A DNA stretch of 64,000 nucleotides from an uncultured bacterium (GCA_905479655.1 CAJQNK010000123.1:26553-90552); one strand, 5' to 3'; shown: positions 36,431 to 46,636, counted from the first letter of the stretch. Notes: generated by a model not told the origin, from the sequence alone. Program-made: numbers and translations.

Positions 36431-38683
36431 CTAGTCCACGTACCCTAGCGCCCGCAGGCTGTCGAGCGTCTCGTCGTCCAGATCGGAGAGCGGAGCCCCG
36501 GTCTCGAGCTGGAGGCCGATCTCGACCCAGGCCGACAGCAGGCCCCGGAGCCAGTGGGCCTCGGGGATGTCGTCGCCCGCCAGGTTCACCTGCTCGCCCG
36601 GGTCCGCCCGGAGGTCGAAGAGGTACTCGACGTCCCGGCTGCGGCCCAGACCCTGCCCCATACCCCAGGTGGTACCGGCGCGCGGGGCGTGGATCAGCTT
36701 GTAGTGCTCCGTTCGGGCCGTGAACTCGCCGCCCTCGACGCTCGACGCGGCCGCGAACTGCACGGGGCGCTCCGGGGCGGTTCCGCCGGCGAGGAGCGGC
36801 CACAGGGATCGTCCGGCCGCGGGCTCCGCCGCGTCGCCGGCCGCGGCGTCGGCCAGGGCGGCCAGCGTCGCGTGCAGGTCGACGTTGTCGGTGTTGGCCG
36901 TGACCACGCCGGGTTCGACGTGCCCGGGCCAGTGGAAGACGAGCGGGATCCGGAGTTGCTCGTCGTAGAGCGTCCAGCCGTGCAGCACGCCACCGTGCTC
37001 GAAGAGCTCCTCGCCGTGGTCGGAGGTGATGATCAGGAGGACCTCCTCCGGGGGCACGCGGCGGTGAAGCTCGGCCAGGAAGCGCTCGAGCTCCCGGTCG
37101 TTGTAGGCGAGGCCGCCCGCGTAGAGGCCCCGCAGGCGTCTCCGGTCGGCCTCCGAGGTCTGCCGGCGCTGGTACTGCACGTCCCGTAGGGTCTTCGTGG
37201 AGCCGTCGATCGTCGAGCCGGCGCCGTCGGCGAGAGCGGAGAGGAACGGCTCGGGCGGATCGTACGGGTTGTGCGGGTGGATCGTCTGGATGTGCAGGAA
37301 GGCCGGCTGCCCCTCGGGCAGGCCGTCGAGCCACTCGAGAGTCGCGTGGTGGACCCGCTCCGCGTTGTCGTTGAACGCCGGGTTCTCGTTCTGGTACGAG
37401 CCGAATAGGATGCTGCGTGGTGCGGTGTCGAAGCCGCGGGTGAGACCCTGGGCGGAGGTGATGTTGCCGTTGCCCGTGAACAGGCCGGTGGCACGGCCGG
37501 CCCGGCGGAAGCGCTCGGCGATCGTCACCGGGCCGTCGTCCGGCAGCTGCCAGCCGCCGCGGGTCAGGAAGACCATGCCGGTGAACAGCGACTTGGTGGA
37601 CGGCAGCGTGTTGGGCGCGACCGAGAAGTGGTGCGTGAAGGTCGTACCCTCGGCCGCGAGGCGGTCGATGATGGGGGTCGCCTCGGCGGGACTACCGAGG
37701 TGGCCCACGAAATCGGTGCGCAGGGCGTCGAGGACGTAGACGACGACCAGACGCGGAAGCTCCGGCGTCGCGCCCGAGGAAGGAGTGGCGCTCTCGTCGT
37801 CGCCGCCGGGCTCGGCCGGGCCCTCTCCGCCGACGTGCCGCAGCGCGAGGCCGGTCCAGCGGGCCGGAGGCCCCTCGCCGCGTGCCTCCAGGCGCACGCG
37901 GACGAACTCCGTTCCGTCCGGGATCGGCGCCTCGAAGGTCGGATCTCCGCCGAACCAGCCCGTGCCGGGCCAGGTGAAGACCTCCTCGTCGTCTCCCAGG
38001 TCGGCTCGCAGACGCACCGCGAACGACTGGTCGGCGTCGCCGTCGGCGGGGGGCTCCAGGCGGCCCACCAGGGCCTGGGCACCGTGGGCCGGGACGGTGA
38101 GCTCCACCGTCGACCAGCCGGACTGCACGAGATCGGAGCCGTCGACCGACGCCCCGCCGGCGGGCAGCGCGGGCACGATCCCGACGTTGGCGAGCGAGAC
38201 GAGGGTCTCGCCCGTGACGACGTCGATCGGCAGGCGACCGGTGGGGAGATCGGCCGGCAGGGGCACCTCGACCCGGCCGGCGAGAGGGTACCTGCCGAGA
38301 CTCCGGCCCGCGATCGCGATCTGCATCGTTCCGTCCGCCGGACCTTCCCGCACCTCGGAGTCGAGCACGAGGGTGCGGGGCCGCGCCTCGAGAACGACGA
38401 CCTCGAGGCGTGCCCCGGCCCTCTGCGGCGTGAGCGCGAGCGCCCCGGGGTTCTTGTGGGGCCACCAACCGACGAGATACCGGTTGCCGCCCGTCGCAGC
38501 GGGGGGCAGCTCGAGGCGGCGGGTCTCGAAGAGCACCTCGGGGGCCACCAGGCCGTCCAGGATGGCTGCGTCGCCGGGCTCGCGGATGCGGGTTCCGCCG
38601 CAGCCGGCGGCGAGCAGGGCGAAGAGCGCGAGGGCACCGCGCGCGGCGAGCGAGCGGGTCACGGGGATTCCTGGATCGTGCAT
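36431..38683 (-). CDS. Sulfatase-fold (alkaline phosphatase superfamily) lipoprotein with Thr in place of the formylglycine Cys
   Basis: Lipobox LLAAGCGG; sulfatase-domain blocks VVYVLDALRTDFVG and APNTLPSTKSLFTG (T-L-P-S-T instead of C-x-P-x-R); N-terminal ~300-aa beta-rich domain. Confidence 0.75.
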   Translation of the reverse strand: MHDPGIPVTRSLAARGALALFALLAAGCGGTRIREPGDAAILDGLVAPEVLFETRRLELPPAATGGNRYLVGWWPHKNPGALALTPQRAGARLEVVVLEARPRTLVLDSEVREGPADGTMQIAIAGRSLGRYPLAGRVEVPLPADLPTGRLPIDVVTGETLVSLANVGIVPALPAGGASVDGSDLVQSGWSTVELTVPAHGAQALVGRLEPPADGDADQSFAVRLRADLGDDEEVFTWPGTGWFGGDPTFEAPIPDGTEFVRVRLEARGEGPPARWTGLALRHVGGEGPAEPGGDDESATPSSGATPELPRLVVVYVLDALRTDFVGHLGSPAEATPIIDRLAAEGTTFTHHFSVAPNTLPSTKSLFTGMVFLTRGGWQLPDDGPVTIAERFRRAGRATGLFTGNGNITSAQGLTRGFDTAPRSILFGSYQNENPAFNDNAERVHHATLEWLDGLPEGQPAFLHIQTIHPHNPYDPPEPFLSALADGAGSTIDGSTKTLRDVQYQRRQTSEADRRRLRGLYAGGLAYNDRELERFLAELHRRVPPEEVLLIITSDHGEELFEHGGVLHGWTLYDEQLRIPLVFHWPGHVEPGVVTANTDNVDLHATLAALADAAAGDAAEPAAGRSLWPLLAGGTAPERPVQFAAASSVEGGEFTARTEHYKLIHAPRAGTTWGMGQGLGRSRDVEYLFDLRADPGEQVNLAGDDIPEAHWLRGLLSAWVEIGLQLETGAPLSDLDDETLDSLRALGYVD

Positions 38684-38732
38684 CGGGGGTACCTCCGGGC
38701 GGGGCGGACGAGTATAGCCAGCCTGCTCGAGG

Positions 38733-40691
38733 TCAGGGCGTGGCGCCCGCCACCTCTCCTTCGTCGGGAAGTCGCAGAGTCGTCAGCAGGGGCAGGTGGT
38801 CCGAAGCGCGCGAGAAGAGGACCTCCGAGTTCGTGAAGACCAGGTCGGGCGTGGCCCAGACGTAGTCGATCTGCTCGGTCCGCCCGTGACGCCGGTAGGT
38901 CGCACGCTGGCCGTCGGGCAGGAGCTCGGAGGCATCGTGCAGACCGGCGCGTCGCAAACGCAGGATCTCGGGACTGGAGGGCTCCGCGTTCAGGTCGCCC
39001 GCGATCACGGTGCGCGGGCTTCCGCCCCATGCCTCGAGCAGGGCCGCCACCTGACGATCCCGCACGGCCGAGCCGCTCGCCGCGTGGTGCAGGTGGGTGG
39101 CGAGGATACGGAGAGACCCGTCACCGAGGTCGATGGTGGCATCCTGGTAACCGCGGGCCAACGGCAGCCTCCGGGACGGGAGCTGCCGGCTCACGGCCTC
39201 CATGGGCAGGCGGCTGAGGATGGCGTTGCCCCACTGGCTGCCGGCCGTGGCGGCGAACCTGCCGTTCATCCCCAGGCGGTGACGGAGCCACTCGAACAGG
39301 TCGAACGAGCCGTTCACGACCCACCCTCGGGAGACCTCCTGCAGGATGACGACCTGGGCACCGCTCATGCTGATGGTGTCGGCCAGAGCCTCGGCGTCGA
39401 GCCGTCCGTCCTGGCGAAAGCCCTGATGGACGTTGTAGGTGAGCACCGTGATCTCGCGGAGCGGAGGGGCGGGCGGTGGCAGGCCGCGAGTCGGCCCCAG
39501 CCAGGTCCCCCAGAGGGCGGCGGGCGCGATCAGCAGGAGCAGGGTCGTGAGGGTGGGGCCCAGGAGGGGCGGCGGGCGGAGCTGATTGGAGCCGGAGCCG
39601 AGCGCGCGCAGCACCGGCACGGTCAGCGCCAACGCCACGAGAATCGGCCAGACGGGCTCGAGACGACCGAACCCGTATTCGTAGGAGGCGTAGGTGAGGA
39701 AGAGCAGGGTCACCAGGGTTGCCTGCGGGGCCAGGGAGAGGATCCTCCGCGGGCCGTTGGGGCCGGCGAGCGGCGATCCGGGGAGCACCAGCGCCGCCGC
39801 GGCTCCGATCTGCCCGAGAACGAGGCCGACCGCGGCCGACGGACCGGGGAACTGGAACATCAGGACGCCGAGCGGCAGCGTCGAGAGGACCGCGAGCCGC
39901 AGTCCTCTGGCCGGCGCCCGCAGCGCGGCCGCGGCGGTCACCACGGCGACGATCGAGCCCAACGTCACCCACGCCGCCGCCGTCGGCATGTCCCACAGGG
40001 TGCGGGTCGCCAGCGCCGCCGGGTTCTGGAACAGAACCAGCTGCAGGAACATCCAGCCGCCGAAGAGCGCGAAGCGCCGCGGCAGGCGTCGGGGAGAGGC
40101 GGGCCCGTCGCGGGGATCGTCCACCTCCGAGGCGGCGGTGGCCGAGGCGACGCCCAGGAGGAGGACGATGGGCGCCACGACCAGGAGCGTCGTCGGCCCC
40201 TTCCTCCAGGAGAGGTCGAGAGTCCGACACAGGATGTGGAGGTTGCCGTCGAGGGCGGCGCCCGTGACGAAGGCCAGGCCCAGCCGCTGCGACTCTCCGG
40301 GGTTGGTCTCCCGGGCCGTCATGACCAGCAGGGGGAGGGTCAGCGAGAAGAAGGCGACGCCGAGGGCGGAGACCCAGAGGTCGTGTCCGGGGTCGAGGAG
40401 CCCTTGTTCGACCAGCCGGGAGAGCCCCAGGCCCGTGATCGAGGCCAGCAGGGCGCGACGCAGGCCGAGAAGCCGGGCGGCCGCGGGGGCGAGCACGCCG
40501 GCCGAGAAGCACGCGAGGGCGACGAGCGCCGGCACCAGGGGGTCGTAGCGCAGGTCGTCGTAGAGGCGGAAGGCGGCCAGTGGGAGGAAGACCCGAACCA
40601 ACTGGAACCCGAGCAGGATCGAGAGGGCGGCCGCGACGAGCAGGGGCTCGGTCTGGACGGGTTGGGGTCGGGCGAGTCGCCTTTCGGACAC
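38733..40691 (-). CDS. Polytopic membrane protein with C-terminal endonuclease/exonuclease/phosphatase (EEP) domain
   Basis: GTG start at 40691 (VSERRLARP...) followed by ~10 hydrophobic helices; EEP motifs (LTYNVHQG, VVILQEV, GDLNAEP, SDHLPLL). Confidence 0.65.
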   Translation of the reverse strand: MSERRLARPQPVQTEPLLVAAALSILLGFQLVRVFLPLAAFRLYDDLRYDPLVPALVALACFSAGVLAPAAARLLGLRRALLASITGLGLSRLVEQGLLDPGHDLWVSALGVAFFSLTLPLLVMTARETNPGESQRLGLAFVTGAALDGNLHILCRTLDLSWRKGPTTLLVVAPIVLLLGVASATAASEVDDPRDGPASPRRLPRRFALFGGWMFLQLVLFQNPAALATRTLWDMPTAAAWVTLGSIVAVVTAAAALRAPARGLRLAVLSTLPLGVLMFQFPGPSAAVGLVLGQIGAAAALVLPGSPLAGPNGPRRILSLAPQATLVTLLFLTYASYEYGFGRLEPVWPILVALALTVPVLRALGSGSNQLRPPPLLGPTLTTLLLLIAPAALWGTWLGPTRGLPPPAPPLREITVLTYNVHQGFRQDGRLDAEALADTISMSGAQVVILQEVSRGWVVNGSFDLFEWLRHRLGMNGRFAATAGSQWGNAILSRLPMEAVSRQLPSRRLPLARGYQDATIDLGDGSLRILATHLHHAASGSAVRDRQVAALLEAWGGSPRTVIAGDLNAEPSSPEILRLRRAGLHDASELLPDGQRATYRRHGRTEQIDYVWATPDLVFTNSEVLFSRASDHLPLLTTLRLPDEGEVAGATP

Positions 40692-40816
40692 GGGATCTCG
40701 GGAGGCAGGGAAGGAGGCGGGCTCGGTGGCGGCGGACCCTCTCCGGCCGAGTCTATCCCCCCCGGGCCGAGTCGCTCCAGATTCGGAACGTTGGCGCGGA
40801 GGTCTGCGGACCGATC

Positions 40817-41611
40817 TCAGTCGCGGCCGCGTTCGGCCATCGCTCGGCGATAGCGCTCGAGCACGTCTCCGGTGGCGCCCACCGCGCCCAGACGGCCGTC
40901 CTCGATCCACGCGGCGCGGTCGCACTGCCGCCCGACCGTCTCGAGATCGTGGGAGACGAGCAGGACGGATGTACCCGCCGCGCGGAACCCGGCGATGCGC
41001 TCCATGCACTTGGCCTGGAAGCGGGTGTCTCCCACGGCCAGGACCTCGTCGAGGATGAGGATGTCGGGCCGCTTCAGGGTGGCGACGGAGAAGCCGAGGC
41101 GCGCCAGCATGCCGCTCGAGTAGTTGCGGATCGGCACGCTGGCGAACTCGCGCAGCCCGGCGAAGGCGATGACCTCGTCGAAGAGCCTCTCGATCTCGGT
41201 TCGGGCGTACCCCAGGATCATGCCGTTGAGGAAGACGTTCTCGCGGCCGGTCAGGTCGGGATGGAACCCGGCGCCCAGCTCGAGCATGGGAGCGACGCGT
41301 CCGCGCACGACGACCCGCCCCTCGGTGGGGCGGAGGACGCGGGAGACGACCTTGAGGAGGGTGCTCTTGCCCGAGCCGTTGCGCCCCACGATGCCGAAGA
41401 CCTCCCCCGGCTCGACGACCAGGTCGAGATCGTGCAGGGCCCAGAGATCCCGGTAGTGGACGCCTCCGGTGACCCGTCGCAGCACGAACTCCTTGAAGCT
41501 GACGATCCGGTCGTCGGGAAGCCGGTAGCGCACCGAGACGCCGGAGACCTCGATCGCCGGCTCGGTCGCCACCCGGCCGCTTCGCTCGGCGCCTTCAGAC
41601 GCGATAGTCAA
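40817..41611 (-). CDS. ABC transporter ATP-binding protein (polysaccharide/teichoic-acid exporter type, Wzt/TagH-like)
   Basis: Walker A GRNGSGKST, signature SSGMLARLGF, Walker B ILILDEV. Confidence 0.85.
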   Translation of the reverse strand: MTIASEGAERSGRVATEPAIEVSGVSVRYRLPDDRIVSFKEFVLRRVTGGVHYRDLWALHDLDLVVEPGEVFGIVGRNGSGKSTLLKVVSRVLRPTEGRVVVRGRVAPMLELGAGFHPDLTGRENVFLNGMILGYARTEIERLFDEVIAFAGLREFASVPIRNYSSGMLARLGFSVATLKRPDILILDEVLAVGDTRFQAKCMERIAGFRAAGTSVLLVSHDLETVGRQCDRAAWIEDGRLGAVGATGDVLERYRRAMAERGRD

Positions 41612-42425
41612 AAGCGTCTCTCCAGTGCGTGAAGGTCCACCAGCCGGCCACGAGGGTGACGAGGCCCAGAGCCGTGCCGATGGCCCAGGTCTCCGGCGAA
41701 GCGACGTGACCCTCGTAGACGGGGTCGCGCACGAGGCGCAGCAGGTGGGTCAGCGGGTTGAGCTCCAGGAGGTGGCGGTGCTTCTCGCTGACCACCGTGA
41801 TCGGGTAGATGATGGGAGTCGCGTACATCCAGGCCGTGAGGAGCACCTGGTAGGTCAGGTTGACGTCGGGGAAGAACGCGGCCAGGGTCGAGATCAGCAT
41901 CCCGACCCCCAGGGCGAAGAGGCAGACCACGAAGATCGCGGGGACGAGGGAGACGAGCGCCATCTCGAACGGTCGTCCGAGGAAGATCATGATCGCGGCG
42001 AGCGGGATCAGGGCGAGGAGCCAGTTGATCAGGTAGGTGACCACAGCGGCGACAGGGAAGGCGCTCCGGGGGACGTGGATCTTGCTGGCCAGACCCTGGC
42101 TCGCCAGCACCTCGTCCGCCATGGCCGTGGTGCCGCGTCGGAAGAAGTCGAAGAAGGTCAGCCCCACCAGCACATAGACCGGGTAGCCGTCGACCTCGAA
42201 GCGGAAGAGAGACGAGAAGACGACGGTCAGGATGACCATCGTCATCAGGGGCTCGATCAGGGTCCAGAGGACTCCGAGAACCGATCGCTTGTAGCGGATC
42301 TTGATTGTCCGGACGGCCCACATCAGGACGAGCTCGCGGTAGCGCCAGATCTCCAGCCACTCCTCCACGAAGGGGTGGGGGCGGAGCTCGGAGTCGTAGA
42401 TCGGACGGACGGGGTCGGAGTTCAT
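41595..42425 (-). CDS. ABC-2 type transporter permease (Wzm/KpsM-like)
   Basis: ATG at 42425; MWAVRTIKIRYKRSVLGVLWTLIEP ABC-2 signature; 6 TM; 17-nt overlap with the ATPase gene. Confidence 0.8.
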   Translation of the reverse strand: MNSDPVRPIYDSELRPHPFVEEWLEIWRYRELVLMWAVRTIKIRYKRSVLGVLWTLIEPLMTMVILTVVFSSLFRFEVDGYPVYVLVGLTFFDFFRRGTTAMADEVLASQGLASKIHVPRSAFPVAAVVTYLINWLLALIPLAAIMIFLGRPFEMALVSLVPAIFVVCLFALGVGMLISTLAAFFPDVNLTYQVLLTAWMYATPIIYPITVVSEKHRHLLELNPLTHLLRLVRDPVYEGHVASPETWAIGTALGLVTLVAGWWTFTHWRDAFDYRV

Positions 42426-42518
42426 TGCACAGGCTGGAGGGCCGAGGACGGGGAGCCCGGTCCGAGACGCCGATGCTAGCACCGGCGTCGCTCCGACGGC
42501 CATCGGAGGCGACTCGCG

Positions 42519-43256
42519 TCAGCGCCCCTCGTCGCCCGTCAGCGGCACGAAGGTCACGCCGAGAATCCGTTCCTGCGTCACCTCGCCTGCCGAGCCCCTG
42601 GCCACCAGGACGAGGGTCTGGAATCCGCCGGGTTCGCCCACGGGAAGCACCATCCGACCCCCGCTGGCGAGCTGCTCCACGAGCGCCGAGGGCACGTGCG
42701 GCGCGGCCGCGGTGACCACGATGGCGTCGTACGGGGCGTGCTCGGCCCAGCCGAAGCCCCCGTCGCCGAGATGGACGGTGACGTTGTCGTAACCGAGCCG
42801 CTCGAGCCGGGCCTCGGCCTCGCGGGCCAGCTCCGGGACGATCTCCACGGTGTAGACGTGGTCCACCAGCTCGGCCAGGACGGCGGCCTGGTAGCCGGAG
42901 CCGGTGCCGACCTCCAGGACCCGGTCGTCCGCCTCCGGGTCGACGAGGTCGGTCATCAGGGCGACGATGAACGGCTGGGAGATCGTCTGACCCGACCCGA
43001 TCGGGAGGGGCCGGTTGTCGTACGCGGAGGAGGCGAGCGCGGCCGGCACGAAGCGGTGGCGGGGCACGCGGCCCAGGGCCGCGAGAACCTCGGGGGAGAG
43101 CTCGGCGCGACCGGTCTCCGGGCCGGTCGCCCGGGCATCCGCCGCCACCGCGGCCAGCATCCGCTCGCGATCCTCCTGCCGGGATCCGGTCGGCTCTCCC
43201 GCGCAGGCGGCCGCCGGCAGGAGCGCCGCCAGTCCGAGGACGGCGACCGCCTTCAC
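42519..43256 (-). CDS. pcm: Protein-L-isoaspartate O-methyltransferase, exported/lipoprotein form
   Basis: GTG start 43256 (ATGA-type overlap with upstream gene end 43253); lipobox LLPAAACAG; motifs ISQPFIVALM, VLEVGTGSGYQAAVLA. Confidence 0.85.
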   Translation of the reverse strand: MKAVAVLGLAALLPAAACAGEPTGSRQEDRERMLAAVAADARATGPETGRAELSPEVLAALGRVPRHRFVPAALASSAYDNRPLPIGSGQTISQPFIVALMTDLVDPEADDRVLEVGTGSGYQAAVLAELVDHVYTVEIVPELAREAEARLERLGYDNVTVHLGDGGFGWAEHAPYDAIVVTAAAPHVPSALVEQLASGGRMVLPVGEPGGFQTLVLVARGSAGEVTQERILGVTFVPLTGDEGR

Positions 43257-44992
43257 GGAGTGTCCGCGGGCTGGGTCTCCGCCGCCGGGGCCTCGACGGT
43301 CGAGGGCTCCATTCCCGGCTGGACGAGATCCCCCTCCTCGGCCCGGGCTTCCGCGACCGTGCGGCGGACGTCCGCGAGGAGCGCCTTCGCGTCGTAGACG
43401 ACGCCGCCCTTCACCGTGTAGCGCACGCCCCCGACGCGCACAGGCCGGTTCTCGTCGTCCAGGCGGATGGCGCCGGTGCCGTAGAGGACCTTGAGGTTGG
43501 CCAGCGGGTTCTCCGCGACGACGACGAGGTCGGCCAGCTTGCCGGGCTCGACGCTGCCGATCTCGGCATCGAGGCCGAGGGCCTCGGCGCCGTTGAGGGT
43601 GGCCGAGCGGATCACCTCGAGCGGGTGGAAGCCGGCTTCGCGCAGGAGTTCCAGCTCCCGCACGTAGCCGAAGCCGTAGATCTTGTAGATGTAGCCCGAG
43701 TCCGATCCCGTCGTCACCCGGCCGCCGCGGTTCTTGTACTCGTCGAGGAAGGTCATCCACAGCCGGTAGTTGTCCCTCCAGGCGACCTCGTCCTCGGTAG
43801 ACCAGTCGAACCAGTAGGAGCCGTGGGCCTTGCGGCTGGGTGTGAAGAAGCGCCAGAGGGAGGGGAGGGTGTACTGATCGTGCCACTCGGCCCGCCGGGC
43901 CCGCATGAGGTCCCGGCTCGCCTCGTAGATCGTGAGGGTCGGGTCGAGGGTGAAATCGAGGGCCAGGAGCTCCTCCATCACCTGGTTCCAGCGCTCGCTG
44001 CCGGGCTTCGCCGCCTGCCGCCAGAGGCGCCCGGCCTGGCCGAACCGGTCCTGCTCGTTCAGGTAGTTGTAGTCCAGCGGGTAGTCCTGGACCGTGCGGT
44101 CGTCGAACAGGGCTTCGGGCAGGCCGTACCAGTGCTCCATCGAGGTCAGGCCCCAGGCGGCCGTGTCCAGCACGTCGACGCGGGTCACGGAGAGCTGCGC
44201 GTGGTGGCAGGCGGTGCCCAGCCCGAGCTTCCCGGCCTCGCGCACGGCGGCCTCGAAGACGTCGGGCCGATAGCCGAAGAACTTCAGCCCGTCCGCCCCC
44301 TTCGCGGCCACCTCCCGCACCCATTGGCGCGCCGGCTCGGGGTCGGTGAAGGGGCCCTCGCGACCCTGGCCGAAGACCACGTAGACCTCGATCCTCGGCG
44401 CCGTGATCTCGTTGGCCCCGCTCTTCCGCTTGTGCTCCAGGCACCAGTCCAGGCCGTTGCCGCAGCCGGGGTCGCGGATCGTGGTGATGCCGTGTCCCAG
44501 CCACAGCTTGAAGACGTACTCGGCCGGCGTGCCCTGCTCCACGCCGCCCATGTGGCCGTGCATGTCGATGAAGCCCGGCAGCACGTAGTGGCCCTCGAGG
44601 TCGATCTCGTGGCCGTTCTCGCCCGTCTCCGGGCGGCCCTCGGGGTCGATGGGGACGCCGGGGTAGCCCACCACCTCGATCCCCGCGATCCGGTCGCCTT
44701 CGATGACGATGTCGACCGGCCCGATCGGGGGCGCCCCCGTGCCGTCGATCAGGGTGACTCCCCGCAGGACGAGACGCTCCCAGGGGCCGTCGCCCTCGGC
44801 TCGTGGCGGGGCCGGCTCGATCGACTTCGGACCCTCTTCCGGGACCTCCTTCTCAGCGGACTCCTCGGACCGTCGCGCCGCGGCCGGCGCTCCGCTCCCG
44901 ACGGCGAGGATCAGAGCGAGCGCGGCGAGGACCAGCGCCGGCAGGGCGGATCGGTGACAGGGGGTGCTGGACGGGTGCGGCGAGGGGCGCAT
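43253..44992 (-). CDS. Secreted metal-dependent amidohydrolase family protein
   Basis: Signal peptide; GFIDMHGHMGG (HxH metal site), TIM-barrel amidohydrolase length. Confidence 0.8.
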   Translation of the reverse strand: MRPSPHPSSTPCHRSALPALVLAALALILAVGSGAPAAARRSEESAEKEVPEEGPKSIEPAPPRAEGDGPWERLVLRGVTLIDGTGAPPIGPVDIVIEGDRIAGIEVVGYPGVPIDPEGRPETGENGHEIDLEGHYVLPGFIDMHGHMGGVEQGTPAEYVFKLWLGHGITTIRDPGCGNGLDWCLEHKRKSGANEITAPRIEVYVVFGQGREGPFTDPEPARQWVREVAAKGADGLKFFGYRPDVFEAAVREAGKLGLGTACHHAQLSVTRVDVLDTAAWGLTSMEHWYGLPEALFDDRTVQDYPLDYNYLNEQDRFGQAGRLWRQAAKPGSERWNQVMEELLALDFTLDPTLTIYEASRDLMRARRAEWHDQYTLPSLWRFFTPSRKAHGSYWFDWSTEDEVAWRDNYRLWMTFLDEYKNRGGRVTTGSDSGYIYKIYGFGYVRELELLREAGFHPLEVIRSATLNGAEALGLDAEIGSVEPGKLADLVVVAENPLANLKVLYGTGAIRLDDENRPVRVGGVRYTVKGGVVYDAKALLADVRRTVAEARAEEGDLVQPGMEPSTVEAPAAETQPADTP

Positions 44993-45124
44993 CAGGGATC
45001 CTCCAAAGCGTTGGAAATGCCCGAGTTTCTATCACAGGGTGGAGACTCGCGGGCCGCACCTACCGTGCGATGGCCTGCGCCCACCCCGGCCGAGGGCAGC
45101 GCGCACCCGCGGTCTCCGAAGGTC

Positions 45125-45165
45125 TCCTTCGCGTCCCTTGCCGTCTTCGCGCCTTCGCGTGAGTG
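45125..45165. repeat. Short tandem 8-mers CCTTCGCG / TCTTCGCG x4 ending in TGAG, followed by hairpin GTGACCC-N15-GGGTCAC
   Basis: CTCCTTCGCGTCCCTTGCCGTCTTCGCGCCTTCGCGTGAGTG read directly; related to 36355-36392. Confidence 0.3.
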
Positions 45166-45204
45166 ACCCCCACCCGGGCCCCGAGGGTCACACCCCCGCG
45201 CGTC

Positions 45205-46635
45205 TCACTCCTCCCCCAACACCGCCTTCGCTCCCTCCTGGCCCCAGTGGAACGCCTCCTCGTTGAGGGGCAGGAGCGCGCAGTGGTTCTTGAGCGCCTG
45301 GGCCATGGCCTGGTGGAAGGTCGCCACCGGGAACAGGCCCGTCGCCGCCTGGAGCGCCCCCAGGGCGACGACGTTCTTCACCATCGCCTTCCCGAGGTCC
45401 AGGGCGATCTGGGTGCACGGCACGCCGACCATTCGGATCGACGGGTCGACCTCGGGGACCTTCTCGATCACCGAGGAGTCGTAGATCACCGTGCCGCCGT
45501 GCCTCACGTGGGGCGCGAACTTGTCCATGCTCGGAGCGTTGAACGCGACCAGCACGTGGGGCTCGGGAGAAGCGGGAGACAGGACCTCCTCCTCGGCCAC
45601 GTGGACGTCGGCGTACGAGGTGCCGCCACGAGACTCCGGGCCGTAGGAGGGGATGTAGGTCGAGTCGTAGCCCTCGTTGATCCCGGCCCGGGCGGTGAGC
45701 GCCGCCACGGTCTGGGCCCCGTCGCCGCCGGCGCCGGCGAACTTGATCGCCACGTCGTGGGCGTCGAGGTGGCTCGGGAACGCCTCGGCGAAGCGCTCGG
45801 GGGAGTCGGAGGTGGCGCCGATGGCCGCCGCCATGGCGTCGGGCTCGAAGTTCGGCGTGCCCAGGTCGAACCACGGCTCGACCTCGATGTCCTTCTTGAC
45901 CCCCAGCGGGAAGACGGCGGTCATCGCCTTCTCGACCCACTTCTCGGCCTCGACGGGCGTCATCTTGAGGTGGGTCGGGCACTCGGCCAGGACCTCGACG
46001 AAGGCCAGGCCTCGGTTCTCGGCCTGCAGGCGGAACGCCTTGGTGATGGCCTTCTTCGCGCGGTTGCGCTGCTTGCTGTCGTAGAGAGCGACGCGCTCGA
46101 CGTACATCGGGCCATCGAGCTGCGCGATGGTCTCGGCCACCTTCAGGGGCTCGCCCGTCAGCCGTGTGCGACCGGTGGGTGTCGTGGTCGTGCGCATGTC
46201 CATCAGCGTGGTGGGCGCCATCTGGCCGCCCGTCATGCCGTAGACCGCGTTGTTGATGAAGATGAAGGTCATGGGCAGCCCGAGCTGGGCCGCCTGCATC
46301 ACCTCGGCGAGGCCGATCGAGGCCAGGTCTCCGTCCCCCTGGTAGGAGAGGACGATGGAGTCGGGGTTGGCCATCTTGTGGCCCAGCGCCACGGCGGGCG
46401 CGCGGCCATGGGCGGCCTGGGTGTTGCCCACGTCCAGGTAGTAGTAGAGGAAGACGGAGCAGCCGACGGGCGAGACGGCGATGGTGCGGTCCTGGATCCC
46501 CAGCTCGTCGATGGCCTCGGCCATGAACTTGTGGACCAGGCCGTGCCCGCAACCCGGGCAGTAGTGGGTGCTGTGGCCCTTCAGGCCTTCGCCGTGGGCG
46601 TGACGCTCGAAGCGGTTGTAGAAGGCGCCTTCCAT
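45205..46635 (-). CDS. 2-oxoacid:ferredoxin oxidoreductase beta subunit (TPP-binding) fused to gamma subunit
   Basis: ATG 46635; HYCPGCGHG, GDGD...N TPP site (SYQGDGDLASIG), C-terminal gamma-like domain (FAGAGGDGAQTVA...). Confidence 0.8.
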   Translation of the reverse strand: MEGAFYNRFERHAHGEGLKGHSTHYCPGCGHGLVHKFMAEAIDELGIQDRTIAVSPVGCSVFLYYYLDVGNTQAAHGRAPAVALGHKMANPDSIVLSYQGDGDLASIGLAEVMQAAQLGLPMTFIFINNAVYGMTGGQMAPTTLMDMRTTTTPTGRTRLTGEPLKVAETIAQLDGPMYVERVALYDSKQRNRAKKAITKAFRLQAENRGLAFVEVLAECPTHLKMTPVEAEKWVEKAMTAVFPLGVKKDIEVEPWFDLGTPNFEPDAMAAAIGATSDSPERFAEAFPSHLDAHDVAIKFAGAGGDGAQTVAALTARAGINEGYDSTYIPSYGPESRGGTSYADVHVAEEEVLSPASPEPHVLVAFNAPSMDKFAPHVRHGGTVIYDSSVIEKVPEVDPSIRMVGVPCTQIALDLGKAMVKNVVALGALQAATGLFPVATFHQAMAQALKNHCALLPLNEEAFHWGQEGAKAVLGEE

Positions 46636-46636
46636 G

